Assembly (NCBI GenBank): GCA_020060565.1
Contig: JAGVAE010000002.1
Coordinates: forward strand, 307,270-371,269
Direction: 5' to 3'
DNA from: Candidatus Woesebacteria bacterium
GTDB taxonomy: Bacteria > Patescibacteriota > Microgenomatia > UBA8517
Length of the DNA: 64,000 bases
The notes beneath the pieces are model-generated. The model was not told the origin of the DNA. It searched no databases and saw only the letters and a list, made by a program, of their open reading frames with translations. Shown here in pieces: positions 9,192-18,209 of this stretch. Both the position numbers and the translations under genes were made by a program. Every line of letters begins with the position of its first letter. The first letter of the stretch is position 1.

Positions 9192-10351
9192 AAGAATATG
9201 GAAAAAAATTATTATTTCTCCTATTTGTCCTAATACTTCTTTTTGGGACATTTTCTATTGTTAAGGCGCAAGCTTGTAATAACGCAGAAGAATGTCAGAA
9301 ACTTATTGATGAATATTCAGACCAGATAACAATACTTCAAGGGCAGGCAAAAACTTTGAAAAATCAAATTGCTCAATTTGATGCTCAAATTAAGTTGACG
9401 ACATTAAAGATTAATCAAACTCAGGCTCAGATTAACCTTTTAGGCGGACGTATAGATCAACTTGAAATTTCTTTAAATGACTTAACCAAAGCTTTTTCTT
9501 CGCGCGTAGTAGAAACATATAAACTTTCAAAGTTTGAGAATAGCCTTTTTTTCTTCCTTGGCGCAGATGATATAAACGATGCAACTCAAAGATTTCATTA
9601 TTTGAAAAAAATAGAAGAAGAAGATAGAAATTTATTAAATAAACTTGAGATAGCACAAACTACATATAAGGGAGAAAAAACTGATCAGGAGGAACTACAA
9701 AAAAAACTTAAGGATCAACAAGCAAAACTAAATGCTCAAAAAACCGCAAAGAATAGCCTGCTGGCTGCAACTAAGAATGATGAGTCTAAATATCAGTCAC
9801 TTCTTTCTCAAGCAAAAGCACAGCTTTCTGCATTTAATAGATTCGTTGCTGGTCAGGGTGGAGCGTCAATTTTAAGTAATCAAACAAAATGTAGTTCTTG
9901 GGGTTGTTATTACAATCAAAGAGATTCTCAATGGGGGAATATTGGAATGGGTGGTTCATCGTATTCAATGGCTAGTTATGGATGTTTAGTCACCTCGGTA
10001 TCTATGATAGCCAGCCACTATAACAAAAATATTAAACCTGGAGATATTGCAGTCAACTCAGAAGCTTTTGTACCAAGCACTGGCTACTTGTATCACGATT
10101 TTAATGTAAATGGTGTCAAAGTAACAATTAACAGCGCCTCTAGGTCACTATTAGATAGTGAACTTTCAGCAGGAAGACCTGTTATCGCGGGATTGTATTC
10201 AGGTCCAGATCACTTCATAGTAATACTTAGGAAAGATGGAGATAAATATATAATGAACGATCCATTTATGGAAAATGGGGATGAGAAATCTCTAACTGAT
10301 AAATATAGCGTCTCAGATATTACAAGTCTTCGTTTGGTAAGTTTTAATTAA
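9188..10351 (+). CDS. Secreted PcsB/CwlO-like coiled-coil protein with C39-like cysteine peptidase domain
   Basis: Signal peptide, long coiled coil, then YYNQRD..WG, GCLVTSVSM (Cys), HFIVI (His), MNDP (Asp); start overlaps ftsX stop. Confidence 0.75.
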   Translation: MKEYGKKLLFLLFVLILLFGTFSIVKAQACNNAEECQKLIDEYSDQITILQGQAKTLKNQIAQFDAQIKLTTLKINQTQAQINLLGGRIDQLEISLNDLTKAFSSRVVETYKLSKFENSLFFFLGADDINDATQRFHYLKKIEEEDRNLLNKLEIAQTTYKGEKTDQEELQKKLKDQQAKLNAQKTAKNSLLAATKNDESKYQSLLSQAKAQLSAFNRFVAGQGGASILSNQTKCSSWGCYYNQRDSQWGNIGMGGSSYSMASYGCLVTSVSMIASHYNKNIKPGDIAVNSEAFVPSTGYLYHDFNVNGVKVTINSASRSLLDSELSAGRPVIAGLYSGPDHFIVILRKDGDKYIMNDPFMENGDEKSLTDKYSVSDITSLRLVSFN

Positions 10352-10395
10352 CATTTCTCTCCAAAAGTAGTAATGTAAGATAACTATTAGTTTCA

Positions 10396-11199
10396 ATGAT
10401 TCGAATAATTAAAGTCCTGTTGAGTTTAATATTAATTGGATTATTTAACCCTTTGTCGGTTTCAAGAGTTTTTGCACAAGTAGTTATTAATGAATTTGTA
10501 ATAAACGGAAGCCCTGAATGGGTAGAATTTTATAATGCGAGTTCTTCTGCTGATTATATAAAGAATTATTATATAGACGATGACATTAGTTTTATGGATG
10601 ATTCCGGAACCGGAACAAGAAAATCATTATCGTTACTGAATGTTTCAAATCCTACATATCCATTTATTGAAACTTCGTCTTTTTTCAACAATCCTGGGGA
10701 TTGGGTTGTATTATTTGACCAAAGTGGAAATATTTTAGATCAATATCAATATACATCTGACCCAGGAAAAGATATATCAATTGGAAGGTACCCTGATAAT
10801 GCAGGAACATTTTCAGTTTTGGCATATTCGACAAAAGCTGATGGAAATTCTGCGCCCTCTACCCCTGTTCCCACTTCCACTTCTCAGCCCACTAATACTC
10901 CAACTCCAACCTCAACTCCAATTTCTACCCCAATTCCAACAAAAACTCCCATCCCAACTCCAACCAAAGCACCAACAATGACACCAACTCCAACCATAAG
11001 CCCTACCGGGGAATCATCTACTGCTTCAGGAGACGTTTTAGGATCTGAAGCTGTCATAGATAGTCCTTCACCTGTCTCTGAAAATAAAAATATAGTTATT
11101 GCTATTGTTTTTGTAGGATTGGGAACAATACTGATTGGAGGATCTATTTATTGGGTCATTAGAACTTCCAAGTCAGCCAAACCCCAGAATGATATATAA
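10396..11199 (+). CDS. Lamin-tail-domain surface protein with PT-rich linker and C-terminal TM
   Basis: VVINEF, EWVEFYN, SIGRYPD; (PT)n linker; C-terminal TM. Confidence 0.8.
   Translation: MIRIIKVLLSLILIGLFNPLSVSRVFAQVVINEFVINGSPEWVEFYNASSSADYIKNYYIDDDISFMDDSGTGTRKSLSLLNVSNPTYPFIETSSFFNNPGDWVVLFDQSGNILDQYQYTSDPGKDISIGRYPDNAGTFSVLAYSTKADGNSAPSTPVPTSTSQPTNTPTPTSTPISTPIPTKTPIPTPTKAPTMTPTPTISPTGESSTASGDVLGSEAVIDSPSPVSENKNIVIAIVFVGLGTILIGGSIYWVIRTSKSAKPQNDI
10855..11010 (+). repeat. Low-complexity Pro/Thr coding repeat
   Basis: Repeated ccaact/ccaacc units encoding PTPTSTPISTPIPTKTPIPTPT. Confidence 0.8.
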
Positions 11200-11208
11200 T
11201 GTTTTATC

Positions 11209-11646
11209 GTGCTCACTAAAATTGTAAAAAGCAAAATTGCAAAACAAATAAATGCTTGGCTTCCAGTGATTCTGTGGGCGGCTCTTATATTTCGTTTTTC
11301 TTCTGGAACAATTCCTTTAGCATCTGCAGTTCATTGGCAGGACTTTTTAGTTAAAAAGACTGGGCATATTTTACTCTTTGGAGCTCTTGCGGTTTTGATT
11401 TATAGAGGACTGAGAATGGAAGGAGTTAGTAGAAAAAGATCGGCAATCTATGCTGTTATTTCAGCTATTTTGTACGGTGCTACTGATGAGTATCACCAAA
11501 TGTACACACAAGGAAGAGAATCGCATATGAGAGACGTTTTTATTGACGGCGGGGGGGCGACTCTGATAATCTTGGCATTGTATTATTTACCACCAAAATT
11601 GTCGGTGAAAATGCATTCGGTTTTTCATAAATTTAATTTGGATTAA
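11209..11646 (+). CDS. VanZ-family membrane protein
   Basis: KKTGH...FG.L, YGATDEYHQ, GRE....DV.ID. Confidence 0.85.
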   Translation: MLTKIVKSKIAKQINAWLPVILWAALIFRFSSGTIPLASAVHWQDFLVKKTGHILLFGALAVLIYRGLRMEGVSRKRSAIYAVISAILYGATDEYHQMYTQGRESHMRDVFIDGGGATLIILALYYLPPKLSVKMHSVFHKFNLD

Positions 11647-11652
11647 AAAAAA

Positions 11653-11739
11653 ATGCAAAAAATATTAGTAACTGGAGGTGCAGGATACATTGGGAGCTTT
11701 ACGACGAAGACGAAAGCGACCAATTATAATTATGAATAA
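11653..11739 (+). pseudogene. Duplicated galE 5' fragment (28-codon ORF)
   Basis: Translates MQKILVTGGAGYIGSFTTKTKATNYNYE*; 15 of the first 16 aa match the galE start at 11732. Confidence 0.8.
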
Positions 11740-12718
11740 AATACTTGTTACAGGTGGAGCAGGTTACATTGGGAGCTTTATGGTTCGTGAACTTAAAGAT
11801 AAAGGATTTGATCCAGTTATTCTTGACAATCTTTCACAGGGACATAAGGAGTCTGTTTCAAATTTCCGTTTAGAGGTAATAGATTTGGTTACTGAGAAAG
11901 AAAAGCTTGATAATCTTTTATCTAACGAAAAATTTGACGGAGTAATACACATGGCAAGCTTTATTCAAATGGGGGAATCGTATAAAGATCCAGCTAAGTA
12001 TTATATGAATAATGTTTTTGGATTCATGAATCTAATGGATTCAATGAAAGAACATGGTGTTGGGAAAATAATTTTATCCTCATCGGCGGGTGTGTATGGG
12101 AATCCAGAAAAGGTTCCAATTAAAGAAGGTGATGTTAAAAACCCACTAAACCCATATGGTGAAACAAAATACATTATGGAAAGAATGCTTGAAGACTATG
12201 ATACCGCCTACGGTATTAAGTTTATTTCTATCAGGTATTTTAATGCGGCGGGAGCAGCAGTTGACGGTTCAATCGGAGAGGACCATCCAGAAGAAAGCCA
12301 TCTTATTCCAAATATAATAAAATCAGTTTTATCTGGTACAGAATTTACCTTATTTGGTAACAATTATGATACTCCTGATGGAACTTGTGTTCGAGATTAT
12401 ATTCATGTTTTAGATTTAGTTAACGCCCATTCAATAGCAATGGAAAAATTGCTAGCAGGTTCAGCTAGTGCTTTTTATAATGCAGGAATGGGGGAGGGAC
12501 ATTCAAATATGGAGATAATAAAAACTGTAGAAGAAGTGGTGAAAACTGGAGTCAAGGTAAGGGTTTTACCTAAAAGAGAAGGAGACGCTAATATTTTATA
12601 TGCAGATATTGAAAAAATTAAGAATGAACTTGGGTGGCAACCGAAGAATTCGATAGTTGACATAGTCAAAACTGCATACCTCTGGCACAAGACCCATCCA
12701 AGTGGCTATAATGGTTAG
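11732..12718 (+). CDS. galE: UDP-glucose 4-epimerase
   Basis: ILVTGGAGYIGS, YGETK, RYFNAAGA, DGTCVRDYIHV; true start is ATG 11732. Confidence 0.93.
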   Translation: MNKILVTGGAGYIGSFMVRELKDKGFDPVILDNLSQGHKESVSNFRLEVIDLVTEKEKLDNLLSNEKFDGVIHMASFIQMGESYKDPAKYYMNNVFGFMNLMDSMKEHGVGKIILSSSAGVYGNPEKVPIKEGDVKNPLNPYGETKYIMERMLEDYDTAYGIKFISIRYFNAAGAAVDGSIGEDHPEESHLIPNIIKSVLSGTEFTLFGNNYDTPDGTCVRDYIHVLDLVNAHSIAMEKLLAGSASAFYNAGMGEGHSNMEIIKTVEEVVKTGVKVRVLPKREGDANILYADIEKIKNELGWQPKNSIVDIVKTAYLWHKTHPSGYNG

Positions 12719-12720
12719 AA

Positions 12721-13635
12721 ATGTTCGTTCTTAAATTACTTGTCCATTATTTCATACCTCACGAGAGCAATAATCAGAAGGCAAAAGTTTTACATCCCAA
12801 AAGCTTAGGTTTAATTGCTATTTTTCTTATTGCTTTTCAATTTGTTGTTAGTTTGGGAAATACTTCTTTTCCTCAAGTATTGGGATATGCAGCTAATATT
12901 GTACCAAGTGAGGTTGTTCGTCAAACCAATGCCCAAAGGTCAGCGGTCGGACTTTCACCCCTTACTGAAAACTCTGATCTTAGTTCAGCTGCCATAGCCA
13001 AAGGAAATGATATGTTGGCAAAAGGGTATTGGGCACATTTTGCCCCAGATGGAACAAGTCCCTGGACATTCTTTACCCAATTTGGATACAAGTATCAGTA
13101 TGCTGGAGAAAATTTGGCTCGGGATTTTTCGGATGTTTCAAGTGCAATAAATGCCTGGATGAGCTCACCGACACATAAGGAAAATATATTAAATCCACAT
13201 TATAAAGAAATTGGTATAGGGGTAGTTGAAGGTTCTTTGGCTGGAGCAAATACCACAATAATAGTACAGTTTTTTGGAACTTCTCTTTCAGGTTCCCCTT
13301 CAGTCCCAGTTGCCAAAGCAAAAGAAACAATGATTGTTTCAAATGAGTCACCAAAACCGATTGCGCAAGTTTCGACTCCGGTTCCGTTACCTTTACAAAC
13401 TTCTGGAGTAGAAGCTGTAACTGGAGTAACTAAGTTTACAAGTTCTCCCTTCTCTTTTACTAAAAATTTGTCATTAGCGGTTGTTGGTATTCTTCTTTTG
13501 GTTTTATCTATTGACTTGGCAGTAGTTAGACGTAAAAGAATTGCTAGGATTGGGGGGCGTACTTTAGCGCATATCAGCTATCTTGGAATGATTTTGGCCG
13601 TTATACTAATATTAAAAGCAGGACAAATTATTTGA
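12721..13635 (+). CDS. CAP/SCP-domain membrane protein
   Basis: YWAH..PDG, AGENLA, WMSSPTHKENIL, EIGIGV; N- and C-terminal TMs. Confidence 0.85.
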   Translation: MFVLKLLVHYFIPHESNNQKAKVLHPKSLGLIAIFLIAFQFVVSLGNTSFPQVLGYAANIVPSEVVRQTNAQRSAVGLSPLTENSDLSSAAIAKGNDMLAKGYWAHFAPDGTSPWTFFTQFGYKYQYAGENLARDFSDVSSAINAWMSSPTHKENILNPHYKEIGIGVVEGSLAGANTTIIVQFFGTSLSGSPSVPVAKAKETMIVSNESPKPIAQVSTPVPLPLQTSGVEAVTGVTKFTSSPFSFTKNLSLAVVGILLLVLSIDLAVVRRKRIARIGGRTLAHISYLGMILAVILILKAGQII

Positions 13636-13637
13636 CA

Positions 13638-13898
13638 ATGAAAACATTTGTAAAACATCTACCTCACTACCTAACTCTTTTTGGCATCATATTTGCTGGA
13701 TTTGCCGGCCTTATTTTATTTTCTTATGACAAATATTTTCAGCTAAGTATTGGTGTAGCCGCAGCTTCTGCCTACGTAGCTTGGGGGGTGGTCCACCATA
13801 TCCTTCATAAAGATTTTTATTTTGAGATTCTTCTCGAATACCTGGCGGTTGCTATTTTAGGTCTCACAATTGTTTTTTCGTTGATTATTAGGTCATGA
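13638..13898 (+). CDS. Small 3-TM hypothetical protein
   Basis: Hydrophobic; YVAWGVVHH, EY motifs. Confidence 0.7.
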   Translation: MKTFVKHLPHYLTLFGIIFAGFAGLILFSYDKYFQLSIGVAAASAYVAWGVVHHILHKDFYFEILLEYLAVAILGLTIVFSLIIRS

Positions 13899-13916
13899 TA
13901 TAATACGATTTACATC

Positions 13917-14807
13917 ATGCAAAAAATTACAAAAGCAGTAATCCCAGCAGCCGGTTTTGGTACAAGATTTCTTCCTCAAACCAAAGCTATGCCAAAAGAA
14001 ATGCTTCCTATTGTTGATAAACCTATTATTCAATACATTGTGGAGGAATTGGTGGACGTTGGTATCAAAGATATCATTATTGTTACAGGCTATCACAAAC
14101 GCACCATTGAAGATCACTTTGATTACCCTAACCTTGATTTAGTTGAGAATTTAAAAATGGGAGGGGAAAAGAAACGCCCAATGCTTGAAGAAGTTGAAAA
14201 AATTGCCAATATGGCAAATTTTGTATACGTTAGACAAAAAGGTCCATACGGAAATGGTACACCACTTCTAAATGTAAAAAGTATGATTGGAAACGAACCC
14301 TTTATTTATACATGGAGTGATGATTTTATAGTGGCAAAACCTTCAAGATTTAAACAACTATTGTCAGCGTATGAAAAGTATGGTTGTAGCTGTTTATCTG
14401 GAGTAAAAGCTAATAAAGATGAAGATTATATAAGATATGGTTTTGTTGGAGGAGACAAGCTTGAACCTGGGATAATTGATGCAAAGGTTCTTGTTGAAAA
14501 ACCAGGCCGTGAGAATGCTCCGTCAGATCTAGCAACTGTTTCAGGGTTTTTATTTACTCCAGACATTTTTAATTATTTGGATAAAGTCCTTGACAATCTG
14601 GAGTCTGGAAAAGAGTTTTATTACAATGATGCTCTAAAGCTTATGCTTGAGGATGGTAAGCGTGTTTTGGGAGTCGAAATTGCCGATGGGAAATATTATG
14701 ACACAGGAAATAAAATCGAATATCTTAAAACCGTTGTAGAATTTGCCCTTAACCATAAAGAGCTTAATGGTAAATTTAGAGAGTATCTTAAAAGCCTTCA
14801 AATATGA
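13917..14807 (+). CDS. galU: UTP-glucose-1-phosphate uridylyltransferase (GalU-type nucleotidyltransferase)
   Basis: KAVIPAAGFGTRFLP.TKA.PKEMLPIVDKP, IEDHFD, YVRQ, VEKP. Confidence 0.85.
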   Translation: MQKITKAVIPAAGFGTRFLPQTKAMPKEMLPIVDKPIIQYIVEELVDVGIKDIIIVTGYHKRTIEDHFDYPNLDLVENLKMGGEKKRPMLEEVEKIANMANFVYVRQKGPYGNGTPLLNVKSMIGNEPFIYTWSDDFIVAKPSRFKQLLSAYEKYGCSCLSGVKANKDEDYIRYGFVGGDKLEPGIIDAKVLVEKPGRENAPSDLATVSGFLFTPDIFNYLDKVLDNLESGKEFYYNDALKLMLEDGKRVLGVEIADGKYYDTGNKIEYLKTVVEFALNHKELNGKFREYLKSLQI

Positions 14808-16723
14808 AACTACTTGTAACCGGCGCCGCGGGATTTATAGGGGCAAACTTTGTACACTATTGGGTTGATAAATACCCAAAGGATGAGATAAGGGTAATTG
14901 ATGCATTAACTTATGCGGGCAATATCGAAAATCTTGCACCTGTTATTAAAAAAATAGATTTTATTGAAGCAGATATTAATGATAGATCAAAAGTTGCGGG
15001 TGCAATGAAAGGGGTGGACGCTGTAATTCATTTTGCTGCAGAAAGCCATGTAGACAGAAGTGTCTTTGATCCCTCAAGGTACTGGCAGACTAATGTTCAT
15101 GGAACTGTTACCCTTCTTGAAGAAGCACATAAACTAGGAATAAACCGCTTCCATCACATTTCAACAGATGAAGTTTACGGTGAGCTTCCACTCCTTTCAG
15201 ATGAAAAATTTAGTGAAAAAACTCCGTATGCTCCCAGACCCGACAACTTATATGCATTAAGTAAAGCTGAAGCTGACAAATTGGTTTTAGAGTTTTATAA
15301 AAAGACTGATATGTATATTACAATTTCAAATTGCTCGAATAATTACGGGCCATATCAATTTCCTGAGAAGTTTATTCCTATCGTTGTCACTAATTTGATT
15401 GATGGTATTCAAATTCCGATTCATGGGGATGGTAGAAATGTTCGTGATTGGATTCATACCAAAGATCATGCAAACGCAATTGATCTAATTCTTCAAAAAG
15501 GTAAAAAGGGAGAAACGTATCTTGTTGGGTCAAATAATGACAGGGATAATAACTACATAGCAGAAAAAATGGTTTCACTTTACGGCGAGGATCCAAATAC
15601 CATTCGCCACGTACCAGATAGACACAGCAATGACAGAAGATACGCAATTGATGCCACAAAAATTATTCAGGAATTAGGTTGGAAGCCAGAGGTTGATAGG
15701 GATAATTTTGATGACGGATTGAAAGAAACAATTGATTGGTATAGAGATAATCAGGATTGGTGGAGACCGCTTCTAAAGAGACGCGCAGTAATTTCAGATG
15801 AAAATAAATCGGTAAGTGCTTTTATCACATTGAACCGCGAGACTGGCAAAACTAAATTTATTTTTGGAAAACTTGAGGCCAAGGAAAAAATAACCCTTCC
15901 CAAAAATGACCTTAAGGAACATTTTGTAGAAGCAAATATAGTAAGGCATGAGATGGTTATCAAAAATTTGGAATCCAAAAAGTGGTATCAAGACAGTTCA
16001 GATGAAATAAAAGACGAGATTAAAGCACTTGCCATGAATCCTTCAACTTTTGGTTATGCTGAGGATCTATCGTCTCATGAGGAAAAAATTGGAAAAGATA
16101 CATTACTTAAACTAATCAAAATTGAGCATGCTCCCAATGAATATGGAATATATGGAATAGGTACATGGTTTGTAGTAGAGAATGAAAAAGGAGACAAAAG
16201 GTCTGAAGGTTATTATTCATGGGGATGGGGTCCAAAGAGCGGTGCTAAGCTTTTGGTTCTAGTCAGAAGAAATGGAGAAATTACCCATTTTGCATTTCAA
16301 AGAGAAGGAAAGTTCCCAACAGGATCTATTGAATATAACCTAGCAGGAGGGTTCCCAAAGTTAAATGAAAGTGTTTTAAATTTTATTTTAAGATCATTAA
16401 AGAAAGATTTGGGATTGGATGTACAAAAAGAAAACATCACTCTAAATGAAATTGTAAGTCTTGGTCGTGTAGCACCTGACTCAGGAATGACAAACAATCA
16501 CCCAAATTTGTATGCCGTAATAGTTGATTTTGAGGATGATGTTTATCCCGATGTTACCGAGGGGGTCAAGTTTGAAGAGAATGAGGGAATAGTTCTCTGG
16601 CCAATAAGTGAAACATCTGAGATTGTTAGTAAATGTGATGACGCCTACTTCTTAGCGGCAATGGCAAGACTTGATTTATCTGGGATATATACTATAAATT
16701 TGACTGAGGATAGAAAGGACTAA
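14804..16723 (+). CDS. rmlB: dTDP-glucose 4,6-dehydratase fused to a C-terminal degenerate Nudix-like region
   Basis: GAAGFIG, HFAAESHVDRS, STDEVYG, YALSK, NNYGP.QFPEK, WWRPL at ~aa 325, then ~310 extra aa in frame. Confidence 0.88.
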   Translation: MKLLVTGAAGFIGANFVHYWVDKYPKDEIRVIDALTYAGNIENLAPVIKKIDFIEADINDRSKVAGAMKGVDAVIHFAAESHVDRSVFDPSRYWQTNVHGTVTLLEEAHKLGINRFHHISTDEVYGELPLLSDEKFSEKTPYAPRPDNLYALSKAEADKLVLEFYKKTDMYITISNCSNNYGPYQFPEKFIPIVVTNLIDGIQIPIHGDGRNVRDWIHTKDHANAIDLILQKGKKGETYLVGSNNDRDNNYIAEKMVSLYGEDPNTIRHVPDRHSNDRRYAIDATKIIQELGWKPEVDRDNFDDGLKETIDWYRDNQDWWRPLLKRRAVISDENKSVSAFITLNRETGKTKFIFGKLEAKEKITLPKNDLKEHFVEANIVRHEMVIKNLESKKWYQDSSDEIKDEIKALAMNPSTFGYAEDLSSHEEKIGKDTLLKLIKIEHAPNEYGIYGIGTWFVVENEKGDKRSEGYYSWGWGPKSGAKLLVLVRRNGEITHFAFQREGKFPTGSIEYNLAGGFPKLNESVLNFILRSLKKDLGLDVQKENITLNEIVSLGRVAPDSGMTNNHPNLYAVIVDFEDDVYPDVTEGVKFEENEGIVLWPISETSEIVSKCDDAYFLAAMARLDLSGIYTINLTEDRKD

Positions 16724-16728
16724 TAAGT

Positions 16729-17313
16729 ATGATGAGATTTGATCCCTTCAAACACGTTAAAAAAACTGGAATTGACGGAGTTGTTTTAATTGAACGACCA
16801 ATTTTGGGAGATGCTCGTGGTTTTCTTCACGAACCGTACAACAAGGAAGAACTAAAAGTTGCAACGGGGGTAGAGTTTAACCCAGTTCAATGGACACATG
16901 CGTATATAAAACCTGGGGTAATAAAAGCAGTTCATTCTGAAGATTGGAATAAATTAATCTATCCCATAACTGGAATTTTGTATGCCCCAATTTGTGATTT
17001 AAGGCCTGATAGTCCCACATTTGGAAAAGTGGAGTATATAAAAATAGACAATACTAAAGAAGATTCCCTCCGCCAGGCGTTGTTTCTACCTTCAGGAGGA
17101 ATAGGAAACTCCATTTGTACGTTGGGAACTGAAATGATGCATTATTTTTATTTAATTGATGAATATTGGGACGATGCAAAGGCTAGAGGGATTGCCTGGA
17201 ATGATCCAGACTTAAATATAAAATGGCCTATCGAAAGTCCAATTCTTTCAGAACGCGATCAAAATAATCCAACCTTAAGAGAGGTTTTTCCAGAGAAATT
17301 TACTTCTAAATGA
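16729..17313 (+). CDS. rmlC: dTDP-4-dehydrorhamnose 3,5-epimerase
   Basis: DARGF, DLRPDSPTFGK, IAWNDPDLNIKWP, LSERD. Confidence 0.9.
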   Translation: MMRFDPFKHVKKTGIDGVVLIERPILGDARGFLHEPYNKEELKVATGVEFNPVQWTHAYIKPGVIKAVHSEDWNKLIYPITGILYAPICDLRPDSPTFGKVEYIKIDNTKEDSLRQALFLPSGGIGNSICTLGTEMMHYFYLIDEYWDDAKARGIAWNDPDLNIKWPIESPILSERDQNNPTLREVFPEKFTSK

Positions 17314-18209
17314 TGAAAAAAGTATTGGCAATTGGCGGCAGTGGAATGGTTGGTTCAAGGTTTTGTGAACTAGCTTCTTCTAAGTTTGATATAGTTTCCA
17401 TCGATGAGAAAACATTGGACATTACAGACAGAAATGCAGTTGAAAAATACTTTGGAGAAAATAAATTTGATTCAGTTGTAAATTTCTCAGCATATACTAA
17501 TGTCAGTGAGGGTGAAAACGATAGAGGAAACGAAGAAGGTTTAGCTTGGAAATTAAACGTCTTGGCCCCAGGTTATTTAGCTGAAGCTTGTTTAAAAAAT
17601 AATATTTTCCTAGTGCATATCTCTACAGATATGGTGTTCTCTGGAGGCAAAAGTGATCCAGGACCGTACTCTGAAGATCATCTAATTCCAGAAGACAGTT
17701 CTGTTGTGACCTGGTATGGATATACAAAAGGGTTAGGGGAAAAAGCTGTGAAAAATATTCTTGGAGAAAAAGCCTGTATTCTTAGATTGATTTATCCATT
17801 CAGGTCACATTTTGAAGGAAAACTTGATTACCTGAGGAAACCCATCCAATTGTACAAAGAAGATAAATTGTACCCTCTGTTTACTGATCAAAAACTTACC
17901 ACAATATTTGTAGATGATGCTTGTAGAATTTTAGAAAGAATTCTTGAGAAAGGTCAAACGGGGATTTTACATGCGAGCTGTACTGACCTAGCTTCTCCTT
18001 ACGATCATGTTTTATATGTCTTAGAAAAAATCGAAGGAAAAGGTATTGAATTAAAGACTGGATTAATAGAGGAGTTTTTAAAAACAGCATCGTCTGTTGT
18101 ACGCTATCCACAATTTGGAGGTTTGAAAACAGAAAGGACACAAGAGGTGTTGGGAATGAAGTTCAGGACTTGGCGACAGATGGTTGATTCTTTTGTCTCC
18201 AATCTCTAA
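17310..18209 (+). CDS. rmlD: dTDP-4-dehydrorhamnose reductase
   Basis: GGSGMVG, AYTNV, HISTDMVF.G, YGYTK. Confidence 0.88.
   Translation: MMKKVLAIGGSGMVGSRFCELASSKFDIVSIDEKTLDITDRNAVEKYFGENKFDSVVNFSAYTNVSEGENDRGNEEGLAWKLNVLAPGYLAEACLKNNIFLVHISTDMVFSGGKSDPGPYSEDHLIPEDSSVVTWYGYTKGLGEKAVKNILGEKACILRLIYPFRSHFEGKLDYLRKPIQLYKEDKLYPLFTDQKLTTIFVDDACRILERILEKGQTGILHASCTDLASPYDHVLYVLEKIEGKGIELKTGLIEEFLKTASSVVRYPQFGGLKTERTQEVLGMKFRTWRQMVDSFVSNL

Noticed and set aside
10855-11010. ccaact-type repeats as a DNA-level repeat element
   Set aside because: Explained by Pro/Thr linker coding with varied third positions.
11678-11731. Track N-terminal extension of galE (MQDTLGALRRRRKRP...)
   Set aside because: It is an off-frame reading of the duplicated 5' fragment; the Rossmann motif begins at ATG 11732.
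18163-18209. 47 bp convergent overlap of rmlD and trmD as antisense regulation
   Set aside because: Short 3' overlaps recur in this compact window (also 1800-1803 and 31472-31495) and there is no further evidence.
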